Positions 14,996 through 33,031 of a stretch of 64,000 nt of DNA are shown one piece after another; the stretch's first letter is position 1, and each line of letters opens with the position of its first letter. Source of the DNA: Octopus vulgaris. Taxonomy: Eukaryota. A program made the translations under genes and the position numbers. Where the stretch lies: NCBI GenBank assembly GCA_951406725.2, contig OX597823.1:111290001-111354000 (forward strand). Reading direction: 5' to 3'. The notes below the pieces were generated by a model that did not search any database, had not been told where the DNA came from, and worked only from the letters and a program-made list of their open reading frames with translations.

Positions 14996-16190
14996 CACTC
15001 AACCACATACATATGTACATATAAATGCATGTGTGTGTGTTATAGTATGTTAGATATTATTTTTTATATATTTATACATATTTGGTATATAAATATATTC
15101 ATATATACACACACAGACATATATGCATCTATATATGAATACATATATCATTCTCTGTATCTATCATACTCATGAACATGTGTGTATAAATATATCTATG
15201 ATAGTAGACATATATAACATAGATAACATATATAGCATATGTACAACAGCCTGGAGCATGCATATCTTTCCTTATACCCTCAAAGCACATCTACAATCAA
15301 AGGGAAACAACAAAAGTAGGTTAACCATGCAGAATGTGCCCTAAACCTGGAAACTGAAGGTACATTATGAATGAATGAATAGAAGCAAAAAATTTTACAA
15401 TAGAAGGGAGTAAACTGAAGAACGGCAGAAATGTCTTAGAAAGAAGATTTTAAAATTATTTAAATGCATGATTTAAAAAAATATTTTTGCTGAAGATTAT
15501 GAAAAACTTTGAGAGAAAAAGTTTGTTTTATTTCTATGAAGAATTAAAGAGGAAAACTGGAATATGTAGGTACAAAGAGAAGGTAAATGAAAGAGAAAAA
15601 AAGGAAGAAATAATTCTTTGGAATGGTAAATTAAATTTTAAAAATAAAGAATAAGACCACAGAATTTTGTGATTGCGATACAGAAGGAAAACATGAATGG
15701 AAGAAAGAGAACACTGATGGAATATGTGTGTGTGTGTGTGTGTGTGCATGTATATACATCTATGTATTTGTGTGTTTTTTTTTGCATAGGTGTGTGCATA
15801 TATATATACATACACATACACACTTACACACACACATATTTACACATGCAAGTAAGCTACAGAGAATATATCAGAAAAATATAAATCTGTGAATGAAAGG
15901 CAAACGAAGTGAAATAACATGATGATTGAAGGATTTTTGAGAAAAAGAAAGGAAACTGTAATGATAAGGAATGTTTAAAAATTGGAGTTAGAGAAAAGGG
16001 AGATGAGTGAAAGAATGAGAGAGAGAGAGAGAGAGAGAGAGATGTTGTTATTGATGGTAGTGTTGTTGTATGAGAAGAAATCTGAAAGAATTTAGGAATC
16101 TAAGAATGGAAGGTAAAATGAAAGAAAGATAGCAGGACAGAGATCCAGAATATATTGCCAAAACTTCCACTAATATTGTTGTTCTTGTAG

Positions 16191-16515
<325 letters not shown>

Positions 16516-17249
16516 TTTAAATGCTGCTTAAATGAACTTTGACTTTTATTTTCTCAAGACAAAAAGTAGCAGTCATATACTGGGCATTTCATCTTCATAC
16601 AAAATGTCTTGTGCTAATATCAAATATCACTACTATTGCCATTGCTATTGTTATTATTATCAAAACTAACAAGAATAATGACAATAATCACTTCTGGCAT
16701 AGGTACAAAACCAAGCAGTATATCAGCCACCCTATTTTTACAGGTAGTTAAATATGTCTCATACCTGTGTACCTTGATTTTCTTTTATCCCTGCATGATG
16801 TAGGAAGCAACCAAAAAAGATGAACATTAAGAAGGGCATCAGGGAATCAGGCTATTTAACCCTGCTTCAAAATATTGACTTGTTAGAGAATCAGGAAATG
16901 CCCTGTTTCTTTACATTCTGGGTTCAAATTACACTGACTTCATCTATGCCTTCCATTATTTCAGGGTTGATGAAATAAAGTACCAGTTATGTACTGGTGT
17001 TCATGTTATCAGCTAATCCCCACCCTTGAAAATTGCTCTCCTTGTACCCAAATCAGAAACCATTAGTGTGGTTACTATTATTAATGTTGTAGTTGAAAAC
17101 TGGGTTTTCGGATCTTGTACTGGTGTTAGATTTTTGTCATATAAATCATCTTAACTATGCTCTTGGATCTTTATTAAGTGAAGTCAGAAATTGTAAGTTT
17201 AAAGCTCAAATTTCCTTCTGGTGAGAACAGGAAGAAAACATTTTCAGTG

Positions 17250-17858
17250 AGATATACAAATAATCACAACTAAAATAAATATAAAATTTAAGAAACTGTA
17301 GAAAGACTACAGGAAAACTACAGACAATTTCTTGTAAAATATGAAATGCAAAGAAAAATGTAATGAAAATATAATACTATAAAAATATAAGGTATAAAAT
17401 TATAGAAATCAATGTAAAATTGTAAAATGATATTAATAAAACTAGTAAATTTTGTAAAATTTAGGAAAATGAAGATAAACTATAGAAAATGTAATAAAAC
17501 TATAACTAGACTATAGGAAAACTTTTAAAATTGTGAATAATTTATAGGTGAAAAAGAAACAAAATTAAATTAATTGGAAGATAAGAGTAAAATATTTATT
17601 TGAAAGAAATATTAGCTAAAGAACAATATTGTAATTTACAATGAAGGAATGAAAGTTTGAAGAAGAAAGAAAGAAAGAAAAAATAAAGGAGGAGGTTTTT
17701 TTTCATGGAAAGAATTAAGAAGAGATAGAATATGACAAAAGAAATAATGTACAAAGAAAGAATGAATGCATTAAATAATGTATTAGAATAAACAAAATTA
17801 AGAATGAGCATGAAGAAAAATTATGAGTTCTTGAGATGTATGCACATGTGTGTATATA

Positions 17859-17891
<33 letters not shown>

Positions 17892-20150
17892 CATATGAGT
17901 ATGTGAGTGAATGCATATGAATGAGATTGAAAGAAATATTAAAGAGAAAAATAAATTATTAATTTGGAAAGAATGCAAAGAAAATATCTCAGATTAAAGG
18001 AATGAAAGAAAAAATTAAGGAATGAAGAAATGAATAAGTTGTGTCTGTGGAAACAACATCAAAAGGAAGGAAGGAAATGGTAAACACAGGAAGAATAGCT
18101 GACCAAAGAAGGAAGGAGAAAAGAATAAGCTACAGGAAAATCAAAGTAGAAAGGAGGAAGAAAATAAGGGGAGAAAGAAGGAAAGAAAAGAAACAGTAAG
18201 AAGTGAAGGAAAATTTAGGCAAGAGTTGTGTGAAATAATAGGAAGAAAATATTATGAGGCTGGATGAAAGAAATACAAGATTTATGAATATATTTTCAAC
18301 TCTGTGTGGATACATACATATATGTATGTAAATGTGTGTGTGTGCGTGTGTGTATGTGTATGTATTAGCAATTGTGTTCTGTGTACATATCAGAAGGACA
18401 GAGTGATTGAGTGAGATGAAAAATGAGACAAAATAAAACTTAATAACTGAAATAGATATTGAAATGGTTCAGGTATAACTCGAATAAGCAAGGAAAATAT
18501 AAAGAAATGAAGGTAGAAAAATGAAGGTAGAATGAAGATTTCCAAGAATAAAGGCAATAGAAAAAACCAGAAACAGAAAGAATGGTAATAAACAAAGGAA
18601 GGAGAAAATCAAAGGGAACTCTAAACTGAAAGTATGGAAAGACTAATAGAAAGTTGAAAAATAATATATAATAAAATAAATGAAATATGAAAGAAATGAA
18701 GAAGTTTGGGTAGAAGAATGCAGAAGAATAAGGAATAAGAAGAAAAAAAGATTGGAAAAATAGGAGCAAAAAGTGGGAGAGTGTTGGAGAAAATACGGAA
18801 AATCTAAAAATTATACATAACAAGGAAAAAAGAATGGAATTCGAATGAAGAAGAATGAAAGACTTACAAAACAAAATAAAGGATTAATGAATGATGAAAG
18901 AATAAATTGAATGAAATAGAGTGAAAATCTATTATTTTATGTAAAGCCTAAAATATTTAGGGGCAGAGTGCTATATAAATGAATCCCCAGCATATAACTG
19001 GTTAATATATTGAAATGTTAAGATATAGATGGAATTATTAAGCTAAACTTAGGAGGCTTTTAGTACAAAGTGAAGAAAAATTAAACGAAAGAGGGTTAGT
19101 ATTGTGTTAAACCAATTTGGACTAGTTACTTGATATAGGGTATAAAAAATGGTACAATTAGAAAGGACAGATAGAGTTGGTCAAAGAAAGAGTAAATATG
19201 TGAGGAAAAAGAAATCAAGGAATTTAATGAAGGAAAAGGAATGAATGAAAAGGAAATGAAGAATTTTAAGGAATAAACAAGAGAAAAATATATATAGAAA
19301 AGAAATATACTGACAGAATAATTTGGAAGAATTAATTTTAAGTAAAGAAAAATAATGAGAATTGTAGAATATTATGCAGGATGTTATGAAAGAAAGAAAA
19401 CAATTGAAAATAAAGATAAGTTAAAAATTAAAATGGAAAGTAAACAATGTGAAGTGGAATCAAATATTAGTATAAACTAAATTCTTAATATACATAAATA
19501 CATAAGTTTATGTGCATGTGTGTGTGTGTGCATGCATATGTGCGTGTGTGTGAGTCAGTGAGTCTGTAACTAAATAAAAAGGTAACAACATGTTATTTTG
19601 TTACTTTCAGGATGTAAAGCAAATAAAATATCAGAACAAATCAGGAAAAGGAAAAAACACGAATAAATAATATTTTTTTAAATGGTTGCAAAAATTAAAA
19701 AAAAACTTAAGTGAAGTTTGAAAGAATTTTTAAAATTTCAAAATGTTTGAAGAACATTGATAGAGAGTTAAATTATGAAAGAAATGAGGATTGAAATTAT
19801 GATATACATTTTTAAAAGGTTAAAATTGAAGAAATATAATTAAAAAAAATGTTTCAGTAATGAATGAAAGGGAAACATAGAAATAACCAATTAAGGGAAA
19901 ATGTTAATGAAATATATAGAGAGAGAGCAAAACATATAAGCAAAAAGTCTGAGACAACAGAAGGTGTTATAGGATGAAATGAGATACGGGGAGGAAAGAA
20001 AGAAATGGTGTTTGGTAAAGAGAAAGGGACAATATACTGGGAAGAAGATAAAACAAACAATATGCGGAATGAATATAAACAAAGAAATGCACTAAGATAA
20101 TGTTTGGTAGAAGTGAATGCAAAAGTGAAATTGGACAAACACGTACATAT
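17250..20150. repeat. Purine-rich (A/G) low-complexity region
   Basis: About 2.9 kb A/G-biased on the + strand, interrupted by short TA/TG microsatellites. Confidence 0.75.
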
Positions 20151-20199
20151 TTACACATTCAAACACACACACATATATATATATATATACATAAATATA

Positions 20200-20236
<37 letters not shown>

Positions 20237-20637
20237 ATACATATATATGTATATATATATATACACATATACAGAGAGAGAGTGGGATAGGGGGAGATAT
20301 AGATATATTATATAGATAGATATATATGTAAGTATGTATGTATGTATCTATCTGTCTGTGCGTGTGTGTCTATATATATACACACACATATATATATATA
20401 TATATACATATGTATAAATATATATAGATGTAAGTATATATATAACAAGATATCTAAAGATGTGTGGATGTGACGTGCATGTGTACCAATATTAATACAA
20501 TGTCTTCATATATTTATATACTTTCCTTCATTTCAGCCACGTGGCTGTGGTCATGCAGGAGCACCATATAATATCTATATATCTATCTATCTATCTATCT
20601 GTCTGTCTGTCTCCCTCTCTCTCTCTCTCTCTCCATT

Positions 20638-20700
<63 letters not shown>

Positions 20701-21078
20701 GTGTGTGTGTGTGTATATATATATCATACATATTGTTATATATATATATATATATATATATATGTCTGCATGGTCCAACCCATGCTAGCATGGAAAGCAG
20801 ACGTTAAACGATAATGATGATGATGTGTGTGTGTATATATATGCAGATGTCTATAATACATTTAATACATACATAGACATATGCACACACACACATATAT
20901 GTATATGGTCATATGAATTAAAGGTATCATAGATACATGCATATATTTCTTACATATATATACATATATATATATGCACACGCATATATATTTGAATATG
21001 TGAGTTGGCATGCATTTGTATATAAATGTAAGTGTGTGCATGAATACGCACATTCATTTCAATCTATCTCTCTATCTC

Positions 21079-21169
<91 letters not shown>

Positions 21170-21286
21170 ACACTGCCAGATCTGACTGGCCTGGTGTAGC
21201 CTTCGGGCTTGCCAGACCCCAGTTGAACCGTCCAACCCATGCTAGCATGGAAAGCGGACGTTAAACGATGATGATGATGATGTATG

Positions 21287-21329
<43 letters not shown>

Positions 21330-21705
21330 ACACGCACACGTGGTGAATGCATAAATAGAAACACGCAAAGATAAACACATGTATAAATGCATGCATCTAT
21401 ACATGCACATATATGCATGAATATATGCACTCATATGAACATACATATGTGCATGCATTACCAAAAATATAAACGTATATACATTTATAAAAACACATGC
21501 ATGTACATCCGTTTACTGTATACACCAGTTTATGTATACAAAAAAATATACACAATTAAAATTAACTAAACTGAATGAAAGGTGTAAAACCCTTAAAAAT
21601 TGCTTTGTGGGTTATATCTGTATATGTGTGTGTGTGTGTGCATGCAAGTGTCTACATATATCTGCTTGTGTTTGCATGTGTGCTTATCTATCAATCCATT
21701 TCTAC

Positions 21706-21736
<31 letters not shown>

Positions 21737-22451
21737 CCTATTTATCTATCTATCTGTCTATCTATATTTTTTGTTCTTTTTTCCTTTTTATGATCCCTTT
21801 TGATCGAAAACCTACGCCACCTTTTTTTCTTTTTTTCCTCCCCCAAAAGAAAAGCTCTACCTTGTAACTTGTCCCATCTGTGTGCAGCCCTGTGTGGCCA
21901 ATAAAGAAACTTATCTATCTATCTATCAATCTATCTATCTATCAATTTTCCTAGACATATACACGACATCAACATGACCATCATGATCATCATCATTTTA
22001 GCACCCAGACTCCATGTATGCATGGGCCAACCAAACTTTATTCAGGCAAATTATCCACAGCTGATGCATTTGCCGTCGCCTACCTTCACCTGTTTCCAAG
22101 TAAGGTAATATATAACCCCGCAGCTAGATAGCTTTCTATAGAAGATCTTAAAAAAATGACTCACAAATTTAACATGATGGCAATACAAAGGGATACTAAT
22201 ACACACACACATATACATTTATACATATACGTACATACACACACATATATACAAATACACACACACATATATATATATATATAAGTTCATTTGTAATTTA
22301 TTATATAAAATATTCAGTGTTTTATATATATATATATATATATAAATATATATATATATTTATATAAAACACTTACATATATGTGTGTGTGTGCATGTTT
22401 CTATGTATGTGTGTGCATATATGCATACAAACATAGATATATGGTGTATTC

Positions 22452-22498
<47 letters not shown>

Positions 22499-23005
22499 TA
22501 TATAAGTACACAATATGTATGTATTATGTCTGTATGATTAAGATGTCTGCTTTTCAGCCACATGGGGTATCTGATTTAGTTTCACTGCATGATACTTCTT
22601 CTACAAGCCTTGGGAGGAAACTTGACAGACGGAAACTGAAAGAAGCCCTCCATATACACACATGTGTGCATGTATATGTAAACATGTATATTAAGGATTG
22701 TTTTAAAGTTGAGATAAAGTAATATATAGCCTGGTAAAGGATGAGCTGGCCTAAACTTTGAAGTTACTTTCAACATTAATTCTTATTAATTAAAAAATAA
22801 TATAAGTATGTATGTATGTATGTGTGTGTATATACGCATAATATATATATATATATATATACTCACACACATGTCTATATATCTATATATGTAAATATAT
22901 AATATGTATATATATATATATAAATACATGTACATAAATTTGTATGTATGTATGTGTAAATATATATGTATATATATATATATATGTATATATGTATATA
23001 TATAC

Positions 23006-23044
<39 letters not shown>

Positions 23045-23468
23045 CATTTATATGTATATACATATACACATACACACACACAACACAATACACACATGCA
23101 CACACACACACACAAATCTAAATATATATACTCCTGTGCTAGTTTCAGTTTGAGTGCCATGGCCATACTGGGCCATCACTAATTGGTGTTACTACACCTT
23201 CATTAATTCTCCTTTAATAGTTGTGTGTGTGAGTGTGTGTGTGCGTGTGTGTGTGTGTGTGTATGTGTGTGTGTGTGTATGTGTGTGTGTGTGTGTGTGT
23301 TTTTGTTTGTAAGAAGGCTTACAAAAGCAAATTATAGCACTAAACAGTACTTCAGGAAGTGGAGTGTGATGTATTTAGTTTTACAGAGTTAATTCCGTTT
23401 CCAGCCCTAAATCTCATTTAATAACAGCAACAAAAGCAACAGCAACAACAACAACCACACAACTACCA

Positions 23469-23552
<84 letters not shown>

Positions 23553-23629
23553 ATAATAATAATAATAATAATAATAATTACAAATAACATGTATATATAT
23601 ATATATATATATAGATACACACATATATA

Positions 23630-23714
<85 letters not shown>

Positions 23715-23993
23715 ATGCATATATATAGCATATATAAACATGTCAGCACATGCAAAAACACACACACGCATCATAGATGCCTAGAATATAGTATAAAAAT
23801 GTAGAAAAAATATATTTTCTAGTCAATTTTACATTTATTTACACTAAAAAATATATGAAATACTGTTTCATATAACTTATATTATATATGAATGTGTGTA
23901 TGTATATATGTTTGTGTTTATGTGTGTGAATATATATATATATAAATATTCACACACATAAACACAAACATATATACATACATATATATATAT

Positions 23994-24024
<31 letters not shown>

Positions 24025-24451
24025 CACGCATATATATATATATACATAAATATATATATATATACATACATATATATATAGATATATACACACACACTTA
24101 CATATATAAACTATACACTCAAACACACACACACACTCACACATAAATGGCTATGCTTAGAGAAATACATGAACATATACGTGCATTTTCATACACATAA
24201 GCTATGGACTTCAACACACATATACATTAATATATTTCTCAGTTTCTTTTCATATAAATGATTAAAGTTCATATATATACTGACATTAATGCTTGTACAT
24301 ATGTAGGGATGTATATATACCTGCACATGTATAAGCATGTATGTATCTCTCTCATTCTCTCTCTCTCTATATATGTGTGATAGTGTTTGTGCGTGTGTGT
24401 GTGTGTATATATATATATGTATATGTATGCATGTATGTATGTATGTATATA

Positions 24452-24498
<47 letters not shown>

Positions 24499-24626
24499 GT
24501 GTATGTAAATATATATATTCATAAATGCAGATATACATACAACTATACATATCTATCTATCTATCCATATTTATATGTAGATAGATACATGCTTACATAT
24601 ATGCATACACACATGCACACAGATGC

Positions 24627-24679
<53 letters not shown>

Positions 24680-26340
24680 CACGTAAATGTGTGTATACAT
24701 TATTATTTTTTTGTTTTAAAAAAGGTTAAAGGAACATGTATGGTCAACAAACATTTTAATTATATTAAGACTATATAAAATTTCATTCAACATTTCCTCT
24801 AACATACTGTACCACTTTCATCGCCATGACCATCACTACAGCCATTGATGCCACCCATCCACCACCACCATCACCACCACTTACACCATTACCATGGCTA
24901 CATTCAGCACCTTGCCACATCTATTAACACCACTGTCAACTTCAGTGAGAGAACCTTTTTGTGGTCACTAACTTGCTAGAAACAGCAGTCAAGTTTTTCT
25001 GAGATACAGTATTATTTTCTGTGTAATTAAAATATAAATATACTTTTTAAACTAAAGCAGGATGGTCATGGCTGGACTGCTGATCTGAGGCTAAATAACA
25101 ATTTTATTTTTTTTCTTGTCCATTTTCACTATTACATTTTTGGCTGATCTGCATTGCTTCACCCTCCTGCCATGACCACCACCATCTCCACTAGCTTGAC
25201 CTGATACACTTGCACCCCATCCACCATCACCATTAGTTTGACCACCACTTCCACTACCCACACCACATGCATAATACTGCCACTACCCATGCCACCATCA
25301 CGCCATCACCATATGTCCCACCAGCCCCCATCATCATCATCAGCAGCAGCAAAAGCATCACTGTCATCATGGACCTGACCACCACTGCAAAACTGGCAGC
25401 TTTAGCATCAGGGGGCCTGAATACTTAAATCCTTCCCCCCTCCAGTGACCTCCTATGTAAACCAAATCCCCCTAACCCCACCTTCTCCACTACTTTCTTC
25501 ACTCAAAATCCACCACCATCATCATCATCATCATTATCACAATGATCACTGACAGGACCACCACCACCACCACCACCGGCGAAACCTCCACCACATCCAA
25601 CTCAATTCACCATCATTGCCATTACTATAACCATCATCACTCTCCAACACCATCGACATCACCACCACCACCACCAGTATCACCACCACCACCATGTCCA
25701 TCCCCAAAGCACAAAATATCCCATCTAGGACAGAGTTATCAGTGATAAAAAGATGGTGCATGTTTCTAGAAGGGTGGGGTGCACAGCAGAGATGAGGGCG
25801 GTGGTGAAATGATGAGAAGCATATGACAGTGAGGCAACTGAGGAATGATTGGGCATTTTCAAAGGGTGGTCAGTGGGTGGAAAAATTAGTTTTTAATTGT
25901 CAAGAGCTTATGATTTTTGATTTAATTTTTTAATCACCCTGCATTTTATGCATAACTTCAGAAATTTGAACTCCAAACACAGCATTATACCACCACAAAC
26001 AAGCATTTATACACACACACACACGCACACACATACAAGTATTTATAACCATACACAAATACGGACAAGGTGAACTACACCACTACACACCACCGATACC
26101 TAGACTTAACAGTGACAGCAACCAATATCTATACTTATATATATATATATGTGTATACATACATATAAATATATATATATATATACACACACACACATAT
26201 ATATATATACAAATATATATATATATACACACACACACATATATATATATACACATATATATATATATACACACACACATATATATATATATACACACAT
26301 ATATATATATATACACACACATGTATATATATATATACAT

Positions 26341-26767
26341 TCTTTTACTCCTTTACTCTTTTGATTGTTTCAGTCATTTGACTGTGGCCATGCCGGAGCA
26401 CTGCCTAAAGGGTGTTAGTCGAAGAAATTAACCCCTGGACTTATTTGTTATAAGCTTAGATCTTATTCTATCGGTACCTTTTGCTGAACTTCTAAGTTAC
26501 GGGGACATAAACACATCTGTATCAGCCGTCAATCGATGGAAGTGGTACAAAGACAAGACACACACACAGAAATAGAGACACTTATATATAAATATATATA
26601 CATAGGTATGACAGGCTTCCAGTTTCTGTATACCAAATCCACTCACAAGGCTTTGGTCAGCTCGAGGCTATAGTAAAAAACACTTGCCCAAGGTGCTATG
26701 CAGTGGGACTGAACCTGGAACCATGTGGTTGTGAAGCAAGCTTCTTACCACACAGACACACCTGCAT
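26341..26767 (-). mobile_element. SINE family B, full-length
   Basis: Homologous end-to-end to 52196-52595. Confidence 0.88.
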
Positions 26768-26911
26768 ACATAAATATATGTGTGCATGTACATATTTATG
26801 TATGTATGTATGAATCTATGTATGTATGTATGTATGTATGTATGCATGTATGTATGTATATGTAGATAAATAGATAGAATAGAATAGATAGATAGATAGA
26901 TAGATATAGAC

Positions 26912-26983
<72 letters not shown>

Positions 26984-26984
26984 G

Positions 26985-27046
<62 letters not shown>

Positions 27047-27336
27047 GAAATACTGATAGACAGACAGACAGACAATATTTTCAATATTACTGGCCTTTTC
27101 ATCCCTATTTTTGTCATCTTTATATTTTCTATTTCTGACTTCAACTTTTACCTGTGGTCATGGTGGGACACACATGCAGGTACATATAAATCCTGAAATC
27201 CTTTAAAATGTTTCAGCCCGTAGGCTGCGGCCATGCTGGGGCACCACATACATATGTGTATATTCATACATATGTTGGTCTGTATGTATATCTATCTCTG
27301 TCTGTCTCTCTCACATACACACACTCTCTCTCTCAC

Positions 27337-27524
<188 letters not shown>

Positions 27525-27673
27525 TATATATATATATATATACACATACAGATATATATAGACACACATGCACATACACACATTCATATATACATGTAGC
27601 CATACTCACACACATATATATATAACCATGTATATATATACATATATGTATGTGTATATATATATATATGTAT

Positions 27674-27716
<43 letters not shown>

Positions 27717-29344
27717 TGCATATATGCATACACATGCACACACACACACATCATTTTGGCTGAATCACTCTCTTGCTACTCTGAATTTTGACTATGGTTC
27801 TACAAAATCTTATCTATAGTGCTTTCAAAAAAACCAAAGAAAAAACAAAAACATACCCACACAAGAGGTTTTCAAATGGTACATTATGTCACATTGATGT
27901 GCCATGACAAAGCTATGTAAGTTATAAAAATAAAATTATATTTTAAAATACTAATAAATACAAAATAAAATTCTTAGATATAATGTCTCTAGAAAGAGAC
28001 ATTAAAGGAATCAGAGTAACAATACTGATTCCTTAAATGAGAAGCTAAACACTTATTAATTTCCTGTTGTAGAAAATATTTATATCTGCTTTGAAGTATG
28101 GCGTGAGGAAAATAGTTTGGGGACCATTGGTTTAGATCAGGTATTAAATAGTCTTTTCCTCATTTGTCCAGATTCAGTGATATTTCAATGTATGTTTCTG
28201 CTTAAATGTGGGAGTATATTACACTACATTACCTTATATACATATGTGTGTGTGTATGTATGTCTATAAAAAAATATACATATGTACATATATATATATA
28301 TACAAAAAAAAGGAGATATTACACAATATATATGTATATATATATGTATCTATATAAATATATTTATATATATATATCTATACATATGTAAATATATATA
28401 TTACATGATATGTATATATATATATATATATATATGTGTATATATGTATGTGTATTTATGTATGTATATGCATATATATATATATATGATATATATATAT
28501 ATACATAGATATTGAATGAGAATGATATAGATATATAAAAACAATTATATTTATTTAAGCATACAAACATACATATTTATAAGTATGTTGGTGTGTGTTT
28601 ATGTATATATATGTATATATATATATATGCATATATACATACATATATATGTTTGTGTGTGTGTATATATGTATTTATATATATAAAATACTTTACATGT
28701 ACAACATCCTCACGTTGTTGATTTTTGCTTGTGTTTTCTGCCCGTTTTTGGGGATTAACTATTATACACACACACACTCACTCACACACACACACGCATA
28801 AATGCAGAGAGAGAGAGAGAAAGAGAGAGAAGTTTGCATATTTGTACAAATAAACATATATATATTATATGCATATACACATATCCACATGCATGCATAT
28901 GTATATATAGCTATGTATGTATATATGTATCTGTGTAAGTATGTGTGTATATGTATCTATCTAACTATCTATATATCTATCAATCTCTGTCAGTCTATCT
29001 ATGAATCTATCTATCTATTTATCTATCTATCTATCAATATATATATATATTTATATTTATTTATAATGTAGATATATATATTATATATATATGCATATAT
29101 ATATATATATATATCATACACACACCCACATATATTGTGAGAAAGAGAGAGAGAGGGGGGGATGGACAGACAGACTAGAAAATATACAGAGTTACGCTTA
29201 TACATATATATATTTATACATTTATATATGTAAATATATATATATGTGTGTGTGTGTGTATATATATATATCTACCTATCTATCTATATCTATCTATCTA
29301 TATATACATATATATATGTGTGTATATATATATATCTGTATATA

Positions 29345-29384
<40 letters not shown>

Positions 29385-29539
29385 CATATATATATATATC
29401 TGTCAGTCGGAAGACTCAACTCTGATCCAGTTTTATCTAAATTATTAACACTCCTTCATATTTCCTTGAGTTCATAGAGTTTGTGGTTGTTTTGTTGTTT
29501 TACCATGTGATTAGTGAAGGAGTGAAATAAATTATTAAT

Positions 29540-29558
29540 AATCTTAAAAAGGAAGACA

Positions 29559-29599
<41 letters not shown>

Positions 29600-30190
29600 A
29601 GGGAGGAGGAGGAGGAGGAAGAGTCAGATGACGACAACGATAATGATGATAATGACGACAAGGATAGCAATGATAATGTTGGTGACAATGATGATGATAG
29701 CTTTGGTGTTGGTGGTGGTGGCGGCGATGATGATGATGATGATGATGATGATGATAGAGGCAATGCTGTAGTTGTTGTTGGTGGGGTAGTGGCGGTGGTT
29801 GTAGTGGTGGTGGTATCATGATGATGATGATGATGATGACTGTGGTGGTGGTGGTGGTGGTGGTAATTGTTGTGTTAGTGGGGGGTGGTCGTGGAGGTGG
29901 GGATGACGTCGGTGGCAACGAAGACGGAGATGATAATGCTGATGAAGTCATGGAGCTAAACAAATAGTTAAATATGAAAACAGTAAGGAGATGCTACTAA
30001 AGCTACTATTGCGTCTACTAATACTGCTGCTACAACAACAAAAACAGCTATTACTACTACTATTACTATTACTACTAATACTACTATAAATATCACCAAC
30101 ATCTCACCACCAATGTGAGCAGTGTCTCCCCACCACCACCACCACCTACTGCTACTACTACTACTAATACCACTATTACTACTACTGCTG

Positions 30191-30222
<32 letters not shown>

Positions 30223-30260
30223 GTAATTGCTTCTGCTGCCACTGTCTGCAACTTCTGCGA
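29540..30260. repeat. Mosaic trinucleotide repeat block (GAT/GGT/ACT)
   Basis: Directly visible. Similar mosaics occur at 24820-25700, 33420-33820, 44080-44450 and 44890-45070. Confidence 0.9.
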
Positions 30261-30325
30261 CCGTACAACCAATCGGCCTGTGTGGTGCCAATAATATTTG
30301 TAGTAATTACTCAGTGTAGACATAT

Positions 30326-30375
<50 letters not shown>

Positions 30376-30695
30376 CGAATAACACACGGCTACTCACATG
30401 CACACACACACATACACACAAACAAACCCAACTATCCATACGCATACATAGTGTGAGCATATGAAAAAAATTTACATACAGTCATACACACATACACATA
30501 CACATGCAAATATGCAGACACACACAAACACACACACACACACATACACAAAGCTAGAAATATCGTCAAAACTAAACCAAAAGCAACAAAAACTACCACC
30601 ATCGCCAGCAACAACAACAACAACAACAACAGACAATAGTGATGACAAAATGACAAAAGAGGGAATGTAATCAGTTTGATAACTTGTGCTACATG

Positions 30696-30747
<52 letters not shown>

Positions 30748-30998
30748 CCTGGGAGTGTGTGTGAGCATATGTCTCCATGTGCATGTAAAGATGTATACAC
30801 AAAAACACATACATAAATGCATTCAAAAATTCATCAAAAAGGAACATAATAATAATAATAATAATAATTATAATAATAATAATAATGGTAAAAATAGTAA
30901 AAATAATAAAAGAATAGTTATAAATATTATAAATGTAACTAAAGATAGGTTAGTGGGTATAATGGTGAAAGTATGTATGTATATATACCCTTATATAT

Positions 30999-31037
<39 letters not shown>

Positions 31038-31218
31038 CATAGGTGCATGTATCTATAAATTTATACGTTTATATGTATATATATATATATATATATATGC
31101 ATATATGCATATACATTTACATTTGTGTATGTGGATGTGTGTGTATGTACATATGTGAGAATATGTGATGCTACATACACACACATATATATAGATAAAT
31201 GGATAGATAGATAGATGA

Positions 31219-31266
<48 letters not shown>

Positions 31267-31328
31267 GCAGATAGGTAGGTAGATGCAGATATATATAAAT
31301 ATATGTATGTGTGTGTATATACATTGTG

Positions 31329-31372
<44 letters not shown>

Positions 31373-32178
31373 TATACATATATACATGCATATATATATT
31401 TAAATATATATATATACACTTACATACATACACACATGCATGCATACATACATACATACATACATACACACACACATACATACATACATACATACATACA
31501 TACATACATTCATATTGAGAGAGGTACACAGACTGATAGATATTTAAATAAAAAGAGTGAAAATTTGATTGATTGAAAGATGGTTGATAGGTAAATAAAG
31601 TGTGTTAAATCGGTCACTAACCGGTCAGTTTGCAGTGTTTAGAAACAGAGGTACAGAAGCAGACAGAATGGACGATGGCCTGAGATTCACTGTAAAGGAC
31701 AACGCTGGACTTAGAAGACACACTGGTCAAGAGAGTGAGGCAGAGAAAGAGAGAGGGTATGAAGATCTAGTTAGAGAGTAAAAGAGAGATAGAGATATAT
31801 ATTTAGCAAAACAATCAAATATAGTGTGTGGAATATAGGAAGAAATGGTAAGAAACAAACAGACATTCAGGTAATATGTGTATATTGTATCTGTATGTTT
31901 GTATGTATGTATATATATATACATGCAAACATACAGATATGATATACACATATATACATGCTTAAATTCATAATATATATATACACACACACACATGTCT
32001 GTGTGTATCAAGGTGTGTATGTACATGCATATACATACATATGTCTGTGTGTGTATATATATATATACATATATATATATCTATAAAAAATATATATATG
32101 TATACACGTGTGTTCGTATATAATATATATGCACAATATATATTACTATTACTATTATTATTATTATTATTATTATCA

Positions 32179-32209
<31 letters not shown>

Positions 32210-32211
32210 CA

Positions 32212-32284
<73 letters not shown>

Positions 32285-32396
32285 AACAATATATATATAT
32301 ACATACACATATTTATATGTGTATACATATTTATTACTATACAAAATATATAGATCTCTATAAATGAATATGTATATATATATATTTCTACATACA

Positions 32397-32429
<33 letters not shown>

Positions 32430-32452
32430 TACATATCTATGTAGACATATCA

Positions 32453-32494
<42 letters not shown>

Positions 32495-32757
32495 ATATAA
32501 TTGTATACAAGTATATATGCATATATATGAGTATTTGTATATGCATATACATATATAAGAGCATACACATATATGTATGCGTATATACATACATATATGT
32601 GTATGCCTTTATAAGTTTATACATATACACACAGACAAGCACATATATATTGATATATATTTATATACACATATATGTACAAGCATACATATATTCATAT
32701 ATATGTATCCATATATAAATGCATTCACATATATATATATATATATGTATGTATGTA

Positions 32758-32880
<123 letters not shown>

Positions 32881-32982
32881 TATGAAGATATATATATGTG
32901 TGTGTGCATATATATTTCCGTATAGGTATATGTATATTGATATATATATAATTATATACAGGAGAGTGAATGTTATATTAAA

Positions 32983-33031
<49 letters not shown>
